A stretch of 64,000 bases of DNA from Armatimonadota bacterium (GTDB taxonomy: Bacteria; Armatimonadota; Fimbriimonadia; Fimbriimonadales; GBS-DC), in NCBI GenBank assembly GCA_037445735.1, contig JBBIJY010000009.1, positions 12,974 to 76,973 on the forward strand, written 5' to 3'. The notes beneath the pieces are model-generated. The model was not told the origin of the DNA and did no database searches. It worked only from the letters and a program-made list of their open reading frames with translations. Every line of letters begins with the position of its first letter. Position 1 is the stretch's first letter. The position numbers and the translations under genes were made by a program. This document shows positions 19,436-29,920 of the stretch, piece by piece.

Positions 19436-22259
19436 CGGTTGCACAGGTCGGGATAGGTCGCGTTTGTGCCGACATCGGGCAGCACGAGCCAGCAGCGGGC
19501 GCACTTGTTGCCCGGCGCGGCGTCCACCTCGATGCGCAGTCCCCCTTCGCTGAGATACACTTCCGCCTGCGAGACGCCGAACAGGCGCGCCAGCAGGTTA
19601 TCGGGCGTCGGCGCGGTGGGGTAGCTCTGCAACAGGGCTGTTAGTTCGCCGCCCACATAGAGGCGCACACGCGCCGATTGCGGGTTCGGCACCCGCTTCT
19701 CGTTCTTCGCCTGCTCCACCGCGCGGTTGACCGCCTCGCGCAGGTCCAGAAGGTGTTCCCAGCGTTCCAGCAGGCTCTTGTCCAGCCACTCCTCGCGCAC
19801 CGCCGGGAACTCGGCAAGATGCACGCTGACAGGCTTGTTCGGGATGGGCAGGCGCTGCCAGACCTCTTCCATCGTATGCACCAACACTGGCGCGAGCAGG
19901 CGGGTCAGCACGCTCGCAATCTCCAGCAGCACCGTTTGCGCCGCCCGCCGGGCAGGGTCGTCCGCCGCGCTCGCGTAGAGCCGATCCTTCAGCACATCCA
20001 GATAGAACGCGCTCAACTCCACATTGCAGAATCGGCGCGTCTCGTGATAGAACAGGTGATATTCGAACCGCTCATAGGCGTTCAGGCAATAGCGCACATA
20101 CGCCTGCAGGCGAGCCAGCATCCAGCGATCCAGCTCCGGCAGCTGCGCGTAAGGGACGGCGTCGCGAACGGGGTCAAAGTCGGCGAGGTTGCCCACGATG
20201 AAGCGCAAGGTGTTGCGAATCTGGCGATAGGCGTCGGCAACGAACTTCAGAATCTCGCTGGAGAGGCGCACATCCTCGAAATATTCGGTGGAGGCGACCC
20301 ACAGGCGCAGCACATCCGCGCCCAGCTGCTGCACCATCTCCATCGGGTCGACCACATTGCCCTCGCTCTTGCTCATCTTGCGCCCTTCGCCGTCGAGCAC
20401 GAAGCCGTGCGTGATGACGGCGCGATAGGGCGCGGCGTCGCGAGTGCCAATCGCAATCATCAGGCTGGAGTTGAACCAGCCGCGATGCTGGTCGGAGCCT
20501 TCGATATAGAGGTCGGCGGGCCAGCGCAGTTCGGGGCGCGTCTCCAGCACCAGCCGATGCGTGCTGCCCGAATCGAACCACACATCCAGCACATCGCTCT
20601 CCTTGCGGAAGGTGGCGCCGTTGCAGCGGGGGCAGCGCGTGCCCTCGGGCAGGAAGTAGTCGGCGGGCTTATCGAACCACACATCGGAGCCGTCGCGCTC
20701 GATAAAGGTCGCCACGCGCTCGATCAGGGACGGCTCCAGCAGCACCTCGCCGCACGCCTCACAGTAGAAGGCGGGGATTCCAACGCCCCACGCCCGCTGA
20801 CGGCTCAGGCACCAGTCGGGGCGGTGCTGCACCATCGCCGTGATGCGCGACTCGGTCTCAGGCGGAATCCAGCGCACCTGCCGGATCGCCATTAGCGCAC
20901 GCTCGCGATGAGCGTTATGATCGATGCTCATAAACCACTGCACGGTGGCACGAAACAGCAGAGGCGAATCGCATCGCCAGCAGTGCGGATAGTTATGCTC
21001 ATAGAGCGAGTGGTGCAGCAGGTGCCCGTTTGCCTGCAGGCGCTGAATCACTGCCTGATTGCCTTCGGGCGCGATGGGCAGCCCGGCGAACTCGCCCGCC
21101 TCCTCCGTGAACACGCCCCGCTCATCCACCGGGCACAAAATCGGCAGCCCGTACTGGCGCCCCGTGTAGAAGTCTTCCGCGCCGTGTCCGGGCGCGGTAT
21201 GCACCACGCCCGTGCCCTCCTCCGCCAGCACATAGTCCGCCAGCACAACGGGCGATTCGCGCTCGAAGATGGGATGGCGGGCGACTGTGCCGACCAGCTC
21301 GCGCCCTTTGACCGTGCGCTCGACGGCATAGTTGCGAATGCCGAGCGTCTCCATCACGGCTGGCACAAGCGCGTCGACCAGCAGATAGCGGGCGCCATCG
21401 GTGCTCACAATCGCATAATCGAAATCGGGATGCACCGCGAGCGCGAGGTTGGCGGGAATCGTCCAGGGCGTGGTGGTCCAGATCAGCACATAGGCATCTC
21501 CGCCCGATAGCCCGGTCAGGTTCGAGCGCAGGATGGGGAACCGCACATAGATGGCGTCGGAGGTTTTGAGCGCGTACTCCACCTCGGCTTCGGCGAGCGC
21601 GGTCTGGCAGGTGGGGCACCAGAGCGTGGGGCGCAGGTCGCGATAGATGTAGCCGCGTTGCACCAGCTCGCCGAAGATGCGCACCAGCCCCGCCTCGAAC
21701 GCATAATCCATCGTGAGGTAGGGGCGCTCCCAGTCGCCGACCAGCCCCAGCCGTTTGAACTGCTCCCTTTGCACCTTCACGAAGTGCCAGGCGTAGTCGC
21801 GGCACGCCTGGCGCAGCTCCACCTTGCTGGGCGTCTTGCCCTCCTGCAGAAACCGCTGGCTGACGGCGTTCTCGATGGGCATGCCGTGATTGTCCCAGCC
21901 GGGCACATAGGGCGTGCGGTAGCCGCGCATGCTGTACGAGCGCACGATGATGTCTTTCAGCACCTTGTTGAGTGCGTGCCCCATATGAATGTCGCCGTTG
22001 GAGTAGGGCGGACCGTCGTGCAGGATAAAGTCGCCGTTAGGGGCAGGCTTTTGCAGCATGCGCTCATAGAGCGCGATCTCGCGCCAGAACGCCTGCCAGC
22101 GCGGCTCCTGCTCGGGCAGGTTCGCCCGCATCGGAATGGTCTGGTCTTCCCTGGGCAGGTTCAGCGTCTCCCGATAGTTGTTCGCCATTCGCGACCTCCG
22201 CTCAATCGGTAATTGTACCTTAAAGGATTGAGCGCGAAGAGGGCGAAGAAGAGAGGGGA

Positions 22260-23012
22260 ATGACGACGGCAATTGTGCTGGCAGGTGGGGCGACCGATGA
22301 GCAGTGGCGGGCAGCGAGCGGCGCGGAGTCGCGCGCGCTGGTGCCCATCGAGGGCGAGCCGATGTATCGGCGGGTGCTGCGCGCGTTAAAGGGCGTGCCG
22401 GAAATCGCGCATATTCTGGTGGTGGGTGATGTGCCGCCCGGTGAGGGCTATGAGGTGCTGCCTGCGCCTGAAGGCGGTCTGATGGCGAGCGTGCGCGTCG
22501 GGCTGGAAGCCAGCCCGACCGAATCGGTGCTGTTTGTAACGGTCGATGTGCCCTTTTTGACGGCGGAGAGCGTGCGGTTCTTTCTGCAAGCGAGCCTGCG
22601 CAGTGGGGCGGCGCTGACCTACGCGGTGGTGCCAGCGGAGGTGTGCCGTGAGCGGTTTCCCCAGATGAAGCGCACGACGGTTCGGTTGCGCGAGGGCGAG
22701 CTGACGGGCGGCAACCTCTTCTGGGCGCAGCGCTCGGTGGCGTTGCGCGAATTGCCGCGCCTGCAGGCGGTCTATGCCGCTCGCAAGCAGCCGTTGCGCC
22801 TCGCGCTGATTGTGGGGCTGGGCATACTGGTGCGCTTTGTGCTGGCGCAGTGGCTCTCGCCCCGCTTTTTGAGCATCAGCGATGTTGAGCGTCGCGCGGA
22901 GCGGCTGCTCGGCGTGCCCGGACGCGCCATCATCTGCCCCTACGCCGAAATCGGCACCGACATCGACACCCTCCAGCAGTGGCAACAGGTGATGGGCGGT
23001 TGCAGGAATTAA
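22260..23012 (+). CDS. MobA-like NTP-transferase family protein
   Basis: The N-terminal AIVLAGGAT... nucleotide-binding loop and the 250-aa length fit the family. It is divergent from ileS. Confidence 0.5.
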   Translation: MTTAIVLAGGATDEQWRAASGAESRALVPIEGEPMYRRVLRALKGVPEIAHILVVGDVPPGEGYEVLPAPEGGLMASVRVGLEASPTESVLFVTVDVPFLTAESVRFFLQASLRSGAALTYAVVPAEVCRERFPQMKRTTVRLREGELTGGNLFWAQRSVALRELPRLQAVYAARKQPLRLALIVGLGILVRFVLAQWLSPRFLSISDVERRAERLLGVPGRAIICPYAEIGTDIDTLQQWQQVMGGCRN

Positions 23013-23029
23013 CTATCAATCTATTCGAA

Positions 23030-23058
23030 AGTAGGGGCGCGGAGACCACACCCCTACT
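23030..23058. terminator. Hairpin between convergent genes at the left edge of the low-G+C island
   Basis: AGTAGGGG-13 nt-CCCCTACT is a perfect 8-bp stem. There is no clear U-tract. Confidence 0.35.
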
Positions 23059-23095
23059 GCATAGCTAAGGCAGCGCAACACCGATGCCGTCCTAA

Positions 23096-25975
23096 CTAAA
23101 ACTCTTCCTCTTTATAGTGAACCAACGCAATCCCGCCAATGTAAAACGATCCCGGTCCTGCCGAAAAAATGTTTCTAATATCTATGTAAACCCTCTCTAT
23201 TTGATTGGAACAGATATACTCTGTGTTGTACCCTATAGGCTCTTCATTAACCCAATTAGAGGTATACCGAGAGAAAGGCAGCATGATACTAAGCAGGTGC
23301 CACTTGCCATCCCCTGCGGGCACATAAGCAGTTCCAACATGCGTGATCCCATAATCCTGTCCTTGATTATTTAGATACTCTTCCAAACTGGCACCAACTG
23401 AATACAATCGTTCTGTGCCATAGTACCAAGCCACCACTTCCGTCAACGCACGCTCAGATAGTGGCGGCAGCTGTATTGGTGGTTGCACATTGGAGTCTAT
23501 CTGCACAAACACGCTCTCCTCTCTTGCTGCAGAAGGACCCAGCCCGTATCCATTCCAATCAAACTGCACAGCTCCAAATCGATAATCTATCTTCGCAACA
23601 GCAGGTGGTGTCATGATTGGATCACCCCCTTCAAAAGTCGTCGGTGGCGCAACAAAACTCAGGCTAAACCAAGGCGGTGGTGCGCAGCTGGGGCGATCGC
23701 TCCAGCCTCTCCACGGACGCGCCCACTGACCTACTTTAAATCGATCACCGTTTGGATTTGTTGGATTAGAAACAAAATGATCACATGACAAGCATGGATC
23801 CGGCCAGTCTTGTAGAGAACTACCCCAATCACCCGCATCTCGCCAGCTGAAAAGCAAGGTCACATGCCGTGGACCCCACTCCGCCACTATATTATTTAAT
23901 AAACTATCCAGTAACTGAATTTTCTCTATTGTTACCCACTGAGTAACATCCTCAGCGGCAATCCTAAACGGCACTAACACCGTGCCTCCTGCTGGGATTG
24001 AAACGGACCGCAAAATGGGCTGCTGTTGCCCGCTGACCCAAATAGCCGCTGTACCCTGCCAGCTCTCTTCGCTATATGATTGTAAGCGCAATGCGAACAT
24101 TGGAACATCGAGCCGAGTCGGTACACTTATCTGCCCTCGCACAGGCACGATTTTGCACTCAATTGGGTTTATGACCGAGACCCAGATACTGCGGCGGCTT
24201 GCCAGGGGCGGGTCGAAGCTATTCCCCCAACCAAAAGCCAACTGTGCCTGCAACTCTTGAGATGCCCGTCGAAACCGCCATGGAAGCACTATCCGATTGC
24301 GGAACCACGCGCTATTGCCTTGCCGATTGAGGGTGAAAGTTACTGAAAGGTTTACTCCTCGCCCTTGCAACAGCAGCAGCCCTTTATCGGGAAGGGTAGG
24401 TAATCCATTGCGTGAGGTGGGAGAATAGCCCTCCACAATCAACTCCAGATTGCCTCCCGCGCGCACCACCGCTTGCTCCGAGACACGCCACGAAATCTCT
24501 GGCAACGAGCGCGGGTGGAAACGATCCAGCAGATAGTAAAATGGTGCAGCATTATATGGTAAGGGTAAGGCATCACTCTGATCACAAGTTGTAGGGCAGC
24601 CATAAGAACCGTAGCGGATTAGGTCAGGATCATAGTATGGACACGGCATATCAAAGAAGTCTGCCCAGAGAGGAATCCGCAGAGGAACATTATCGCCCAG
24701 CGCAAAGAAGCTATTACTGGCAGCTCCGTAACCGATCAAAAGACTATATTCCTCTGCAGCTTTACCCAAGAAGTTGTACCAAACCCCTGATGCCCCATAA
24801 ATGGGCAGTATTGGCGAATCTGCACCTGTGCGAACCCGTCCGTGTCGATCCCAAACCACAATCAGCCACTCCTTGGGAGCTAAACCCGTAGGCGAATGTT
24901 TGCGCTTGCGATATATCAGCACCCATAAATCGGGATCATCCAGCCGCATCCGTGTCCAATAATCATATTCCCAGAAAAACTTCGCGAAATTCAAAACAGA
25001 GTAATAAGCCAGTGTCTTTTGTTGCCCACGATCATCCGAGAAGAGAATCAAGGAATAATTCGTATCACCTGCAGCATCAAAATTGTAGATATAAAGTGGT
25101 ACATTGCATGCCTGATGGATTAATAGATACCGCTGTAAGTACTTTGCTGCACGCCGCACTTGCCAGTTTTCAAAATTAAGTAGCACCTCGCATGGCAACC
25201 AAGGATTATGGACTGGGTCAATTGCCCCTGGCCAAGCGTTTCCCTCGTTCGCAACTATGCCCCGCTCTTCGCCCGCATAGCGCCCGATTACCGAACGCAA
25301 ATAGGCATAGTAGGGCACCAAACTTTCGGGAGTTAACAACCGATACGGGTGAACTGCTTGCACATCGCCATAGTTCCACAAACCCGCTTTATAACACTCC
25401 TCCAGATAATCGCCAAAACCATCCACCCGATGCCAAAAGACTGGCGCAGGCAGATAGAGCAATGCTTGAGCGCCTAACATACTATTCCGCAGCGGGACAT
25501 GCTTTTGATAGAACGCCACCATCTGTTCTGGCTCCACCAACATCGGGCGAAACCATGCTCCCGGCTCGTTAATCAGTTCTAACCCTATCACGCGACCAGA
25601 ATTACCTCCAGCTTGACTGAGCTGTGCCAAGAAATCGGCTATTTGCAACTCGCTATACTTCAATCCGCTGTCAGTCCACGGAAGTCCCCCACGCCAAAAA
25701 CCGCCTCCATCTGTATACCGAAGAAACTGAAAATATGTTCCTACTTTAATCAAACCAGCAAGGTTGTTGGAATGTCCTCCTCGTGCCACGCGGAAACCAA
25801 GAGCACTCCAGTCTGGAACCCAGTTATAGTTACCACGATACCAAGGTGTTCCGGATCCAAAGAACACTGGAATAAGCGGTTCTGTGTTTGGCGAAGTCTG
25901 TAGTTGCGCTTGCACGACTTGCAACAGCAGCAAGCCAACGCCTATCAGCCAACCAAGCCGTTTGCTCTGCATCAT
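23096..25975 (-). CDS. Large secreted protein with an N-terminal clan-A glycoside-hydrolase-like region; rest unknown (island gene C)
   Basis: 959 aa. Signal peptide MMQSKRLGWLIGVGLLLLQVVQA|Q. The motif VIGLELINEPG resembles the NEP acid/base strand of (beta/alpha)8 clan GH-A enzymes. The C-terminal ~600 aa have no recognisable motif. GGAGG lies 6 nt upstream of the ATG, which overlaps the stop of gene B. Confidence 0.45.
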   Translation of the reverse strand: MMQSKRLGWLIGVGLLLLQVVQAQLQTSPNTEPLIPVFFGSGTPWYRGNYNWVPDWSALGFRVARGGHSNNLAGLIKVGTYFQFLRYTDGGGFWRGGLPWTDSGLKYSELQIADFLAQLSQAGGNSGRVIGLELINEPGAWFRPMLVEPEQMVAFYQKHVPLRNSMLGAQALLYLPAPVFWHRVDGFGDYLEECYKAGLWNYGDVQAVHPYRLLTPESLVPYYAYLRSVIGRYAGEERGIVANEGNAWPGAIDPVHNPWLPCEVLLNFENWQVRRAAKYLQRYLLIHQACNVPLYIYNFDAAGDTNYSLILFSDDRGQQKTLAYYSVLNFAKFFWEYDYWTRMRLDDPDLWVLIYRKRKHSPTGLAPKEWLIVVWDRHGRVRTGADSPILPIYGASGVWYNFLGKAAEEYSLLIGYGAASNSFFALGDNVPLRIPLWADFFDMPCPYYDPDLIRYGSYGCPTTCDQSDALPLPYNAAPFYYLLDRFHPRSLPEISWRVSEQAVVRAGGNLELIVEGYSPTSRNGLPTLPDKGLLLLQGRGVNLSVTFTLNRQGNSAWFRNRIVLPWRFRRASQELQAQLAFGWGNSFDPPLASRRSIWVSVINPIECKIVPVRGQISVPTRLDVPMFALRLQSYSEESWQGTAAIWVSGQQQPILRSVSIPAGGTVLVPFRIAAEDVTQWVTIEKIQLLDSLLNNIVAEWGPRHVTLLFSWRDAGDWGSSLQDWPDPCLSCDHFVSNPTNPNGDRFKVGQWARPWRGWSDRPSCAPPPWFSLSFVAPPTTFEGGDPIMTPPAVAKIDYRFGAVQFDWNGYGLGPSAAREESVFVQIDSNVQPPIQLPPLSERALTEVVAWYYGTERLYSVGASLEEYLNNQGQDYGITHVGTAYVPAGDGKWHLLSIMLPFSRYTSNWVNEEPIGYNTEYICSNQIERVYIDIRNIFSAGPGSFYIGGIALVHYKEEEF

Positions 25976-27567
25976 TGTTCACCTCCTAAGGTCCATTGCC
26001 CCTTCAGCAGAAGAGAGGGTGTGCTGCTATTCGGCGCTAACCGAACCCCTACATCCACATATCGGTTGATCAGGTCGCGCCGAAACTGCATCTGCAACTC
26101 TGTGTAAGACGGGGGGCTGCTCCCCATCTCCGTGATACAGCGAGAGGCACTCCACAGCAGGTTCCCATATGCATCGCGCCACTCCACCAAGATGCCCCCT
26201 GCTGACTGACACGGCTGCCATAACACCCAACCAAAACTTCCGTTCTCAAATGCTTGCATCGCTAAAACCTGTCCTGTGCTATTGGAAGGATCACGTGTCA
26301 CACACACTATTCGTGTTGCTGGATTGTTCTGCGTGGGATCAAAACGCCATACCTCACTGCAAGAGGTTGAATTGTTACAACAAGGATTGTTGGGATTGTT
26401 GAAACGCAACAGTGCAATATATGCCTTATCTCCTATAGAATCTAATCCAACTAATTTACCATTAATACCCCACTCTCCCACGATGCTGCCATCCACTAAA
26501 CTAAGCGCGATTACACGAGACGGAAGCATCTCATCAAAACCAATAAATAGGTAGCTTGCCCCAAAGCGAACCCAGGTGTCTCCATCGGCTGTTAACCATT
26601 GCGCCCATCTAACAGCCCCAGACGAATCTAATAGAACTACAACGCACCCGGAATTTCCTTGCTGCTGCCGTGCACGAAGTATCATAGCCACTTCACCAGT
26701 AGCACTTACGGCAGCTGCCTTCAAATAATCAATGCTCTTCAGATTGAGTGAGGAATTAATTCTATTCAATTCCTGATAATGCAAACGAGCGCCTCCTATG
26801 ACCTTGGAAGGCTGCACCGAAAGACGAATTACTTCGCCAAATCTATCTGGAAAGTTACAAGACCCTCCGGTTCCGCTACGGAACAGGAACAGCTGATTGC
26901 TCGCAAGATAAAGCCCATACGCTTGGGTATGGACAGCCCAATCATAGGCAAAAACACGCTCCAGTAAATGCTTACCATCACTGGCACGCAACTGCTCATA
27001 TACCAGAGTGCGTACAGACCAGCGGCGACAGTCATCACGATTAGAGATGTCCGCATCTCGAAACGCCCCTAACAACACATGCAACAACCCATCTTTTAGA
27101 GCTAAAGTCGGACCAGCTATCCGATTACCTTTGCGTGGATCTATACACGGATTATACGGATCAGGATCAATGGGTAAAAAGAACGGCGCTTGAAACGCAT
27201 CTATAGATACATTGCTGCCATTGCTGTCGAAACAATTTGTATTACAGCAATCTAAACCGCTCGGTAATGGTTCTGGTGCAAAGGTGCAGTTAAAGCGATA
27301 CAGCCCATCCTGCACCCAGACATCCTGCCCCGCGGCAGAAATACGCTTCACCACATTCGCATTTACAGCACTCGCCCCAGTACCACACAGAACGGTAACG
27401 GGCTGGGAGTAGTGGACATAGACCTCGCCTGACGGTCCCAACAGCCAGCTCGTCCGCGAGGGCACTTGCCGCGACCACTGCCAATCGGCATGCGCCACAC
27501 CCACTATCACCGCTATCACCGCTAAGCCCATTAGTTGCTCATACACTCCGCGCTTTCTCGCTTGCAT
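25972..27567 (-). CDS. Secreted hypothetical protein, PQQ/BamB-like beta-propeller suspected (island gene B)
   Basis: Start at MQARKRG, with GGAGG 9 nt upstream. Signal peptide ...VGVAHA|DW. Recurring blade-like motifs are AAGQDVWVQDG, DSSGAVRWAQW and DAYGNLLWSAS. Cys-rich patches are DCCNTNC and NPCCNNSTSC. Confidence 0.4.
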   Translation of the reverse strand: MQARKRGVYEQLMGLAVIAVIVGVAHADWQWSRQVPSRTSWLLGPSGEVYVHYSQPVTVLCGTGASAVNANVVKRISAAGQDVWVQDGLYRFNCTFAPEPLPSGLDCCNTNCFDSNGSNVSIDAFQAPFFLPIDPDPYNPCIDPRKGNRIAGPTLALKDGLLHVLLGAFRDADISNRDDCRRWSVRTLVYEQLRASDGKHLLERVFAYDWAVHTQAYGLYLASNQLFLFRSGTGGSCNFPDRFGEVIRLSVQPSKVIGGARLHYQELNRINSSLNLKSIDYLKAAAVSATGEVAMILRARQQQGNSGCVVVLLDSSGAVRWAQWLTADGDTWVRFGASYLFIGFDEMLPSRVIALSLVDGSIVGEWGINGKLVGLDSIGDKAYIALLRFNNPNNPCCNNSTSCSEVWRFDPTQNNPATRIVCVTRDPSNSTGQVLAMQAFENGSFGWVLWQPCQSAGGILVEWRDAYGNLLWSASRCITEMGSSPPSYTELQMQFRRDLINRYVDVGVRLAPNSSTPSLLLKGQWTLGGEQ

Positions 27568-27602
27568 CTCTCTACACCTCCACACTTCTTATTGCAGAGG
27601 AT

Positions 27603-27626
27603 GGGGGCGTTTCACCGAACGCCCCC
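27603..27626 (-). terminator. GC-rich hairpin between island genes A and B
   Basis: GGGGGCGTT-tcaccg-AACGCCCCC is a 9-bp perfect stem lying 14 nt after the stop of gene A. No U-tract follows on the minus strand. Confidence 0.3.
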
Positions 27627-27639
27627 ACCGCTGACTGCA

Positions 27640-29691
27640 CTACGGCGAGCAGCCTAATCCAAAGTTGAACAATACAATCAACAGATCATCATCATTTACT
27701 TCTCCATTGCAGTCCACATCACCTGCGCCGGGTTTGAACTGGGAAGAATAATCATATGTGGTGCCAAAGTAGAAAAGCACTTGCAACAGGTCGTCGTCGT
27801 CCACGCAACAGTTGCCTAGCAAGTAGGGAGGAGTGTCGATATTGTATGGTGCGACATCACCGTCCCTCCAGCCTACACCGTTTGGACAAACACTGTCGGA
27901 ACACGGGTCAATTTTGCACCCAACACGAACAGGATAGTCCAAGGTGCCAACTTCTACAGTGGCAGGACGCTCTGCAATCCGATCGCCCACCGGAGTAGCA
28001 TAAACGGTAAAACTAGGCAAGTGGCCGGGATTATCTGTACAAACGATGCGCGGCTCAAAAGAAATATTACACCTCCTATTTGGCATATCCAGCATCGTCT
28101 GCCGATCCCACGGCCAGAAGCCAAGAGCAGGCAAATATACGTAGCCGTTTTGGCAGTTGCCTCCTATGGCAACATTGGTGTCGTCGCCAAAAACAATATA
28201 GCTACCCATCGTAGCAAACAGAAATGCCCTATCGCCCACATCCCAGCAGTCTGGTGAAAACATAGGATAACAAACCGCCTGGCACTTTATCGGCGTGATA
28301 CCACTGTCATCTATGGAGTAGAGAAGGCCAGGATCTCCAATCCTCCACAACCATTGCCCACCAACTGGAACACGAGCATAGGTATCGCTTGGACCAAATG
28401 GTCCAGTCGATGCCCATAGCGGATTGCCATTGGTTGCATCCACATAGGTCAGGAAGGGTGTCTGGTAGCCCCAGGCGGTCAGCAGACGCAGCCCGCTGCT
28501 ATTGCTGTCATCCACAGCCACAAAAAATGCGCCTGCATACTGTGGATCGGAATAAGAACCATCTCTGTTCAGGAGGCGGTACATGCGTGCCCAGCGTACC
28601 CGACCATCTAACCTAAAGCGTACTAACACGGGGTTTCCAATCGGTCGTGATTCGTTCAGGCGTATGTTTGTGAAGAGGATGGCATACTCATCGGGTGCGC
28701 CATCAACGGGCGGCAGGGCAGCAATTGGACCCACATTCGCGCTTCCACCACCGCCTCCAAACACTCCAAGCGGGATCTCACCAGCCGAGACCCCACATAT
28801 GGGTCGCGCGGGCACAACTTCATCTTCTATGAACGCGCTCAACTCCCACGCGCCTATCAGGTTGCCATCCCCATCAAGAGCAACAAAGCGCGGCCGTGTG
28901 TAAAAGAGATTTCCTTGACCCCACACCAGTATAGACGAGATGTATCTATCCCGACGAACCACACTGAGTGGCAATATCGCTGGCTGCTGCACGAACGCCC
29001 ACGCACCAAACACAGGGTGATCAGCACTGTCTGTATAGGCAAAATATTTGGCTTGGATCTGACCTGCTAACACCTGTGGACTCATCGTGTAAAACCTGTC
29101 GGGCAAGATGATGAGGAAACTACTGTGCGCGAACAGATACCATTTAGCAGGAATGATCCCGCCACTCCATATTCTCGGCGGCTGGTATACCAGCTGCGCT
29201 CGCAACGGATAGGATGGCGTTAGCGAACCACTCACGCGAGGACGAAAGGTCAGCACATTTCGGATAGTCAACCGAAGCGGCAAGCCACCGTAGCTGAAGT
29301 AAACAATGTGAATCGGAGCATAGCGCGGGTCGCGATGTACAGGGTCGTTCGGATCCTCGAAGCGTGTCCCTGAAGGATAATTCAGGTTCACAAACACCGC
29401 TAAGAACTCGTCCTCACCAGTTTCACGCGACACACCCAGATAGTGCAGATCAGTGATGTCAAGCATGTGATTGTTGTACCACATCTCCGGGTCACTGAAG
29501 ATGAAGCCATAGTCGCCTGGTAAAGGTGCAGGGAGCTGGGCATAGAGACACGCAGCAAGAAGAGCAAGGACAGTACCAAGCAGCCACTTGGGGTTACCCC
29601 TTGCCCTAAACGATGCACTTGGTCGCCAAATTCGATTCTCCATCCCTTCAGCAGCTACCTGTCGCTCTGCCATCATCACACGCCGTTTCAT
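27640..29691 (-). CDS. Secreted or lipid-anchored hypothetical protein with a C-terminal dockerin-like double repeat (island gene A)
   Basis: Start at MKRRVMM, with GAGGAGG 9 nt upstream. There is a possible lipobox (ALLAAC). Blade-like motifs are LDGDGNLIGAW, LDGRVRWARMY and ATNGNPLWAST. The C-terminus reads CCVDDDDLLQVLFYFG...DVDCNGEVNDDDLLIVLFNFGLGCSP. Confidence 0.45.
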   Translation of the reverse strand: MKRRVMMAERQVAAEGMENRIWRPSASFRARGNPKWLLGTVLALLAACLYAQLPAPLPGDYGFIFSDPEMWYNNHMLDITDLHYLGVSRETGEDEFLAVFVNLNYPSGTRFEDPNDPVHRDPRYAPIHIVYFSYGGLPLRLTIRNVLTFRPRVSGSLTPSYPLRAQLVYQPPRIWSGGIIPAKWYLFAHSSFLIILPDRFYTMSPQVLAGQIQAKYFAYTDSADHPVFGAWAFVQQPAILPLSVVRRDRYISSILVWGQGNLFYTRPRFVALDGDGNLIGAWELSAFIEDEVVPARPICGVSAGEIPLGVFGGGGGSANVGPIAALPPVDGAPDEYAILFTNIRLNESRPIGNPVLVRFRLDGRVRWARMYRLLNRDGSYSDPQYAGAFFVAVDDSNSSGLRLLTAWGYQTPFLTYVDATNGNPLWASTGPFGPSDTYARVPVGGQWLWRIGDPGLLYSIDDSGITPIKCQAVCYPMFSPDCWDVGDRAFLFATMGSYIVFGDDTNVAIGGNCQNGYVYLPALGFWPWDRQTMLDMPNRRCNISFEPRIVCTDNPGHLPSFTVYATPVGDRIAERPATVEVGTLDYPVRVGCKIDPCSDSVCPNGVGWRDGDVAPYNIDTPPYLLGNCCVDDDDLLQVLFYFGTTYDYSSQFKPGAGDVDCNGEVNDDDLLIVLFNFGLGCSP

Positions 29692-29920
29692 GTCCTTTAC
29701 CTCCTCAATCACGATTATGCACGATATCGATCCGCACATCGTTGCGAAATCGTTTCATAAATTACAATATTATCACTATATAGAGCAATACGGGATTAAA
29801 TCCGTCGGCAGGAATCCATCTCCAACTGGCGAATTCCTTATGAAGCGTGGGCAGCGAGTAGGGTGCAGTGACTGCGCCCGTACTCCAGATTATCTCCCAC
29901 GCTCAGTAAGGAGGGATAGA

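Noticed and set aside
19678-20895. 405-aa plus-strand ORF. ORFs 20908..21510 and 21658..22212 fall in the same category.
   Set aside because: It is antisense to ileS, which has HMGH and KMSKS on the minus strand. This is a mirror-frame artefact.
22189-22259. T-box or other leader upstream of ileS
   Set aside because: Only 71 nt separate the ileS ATG from the divergent gene start, which is far too short for a T-box. No specifier or T-box motif was seen.
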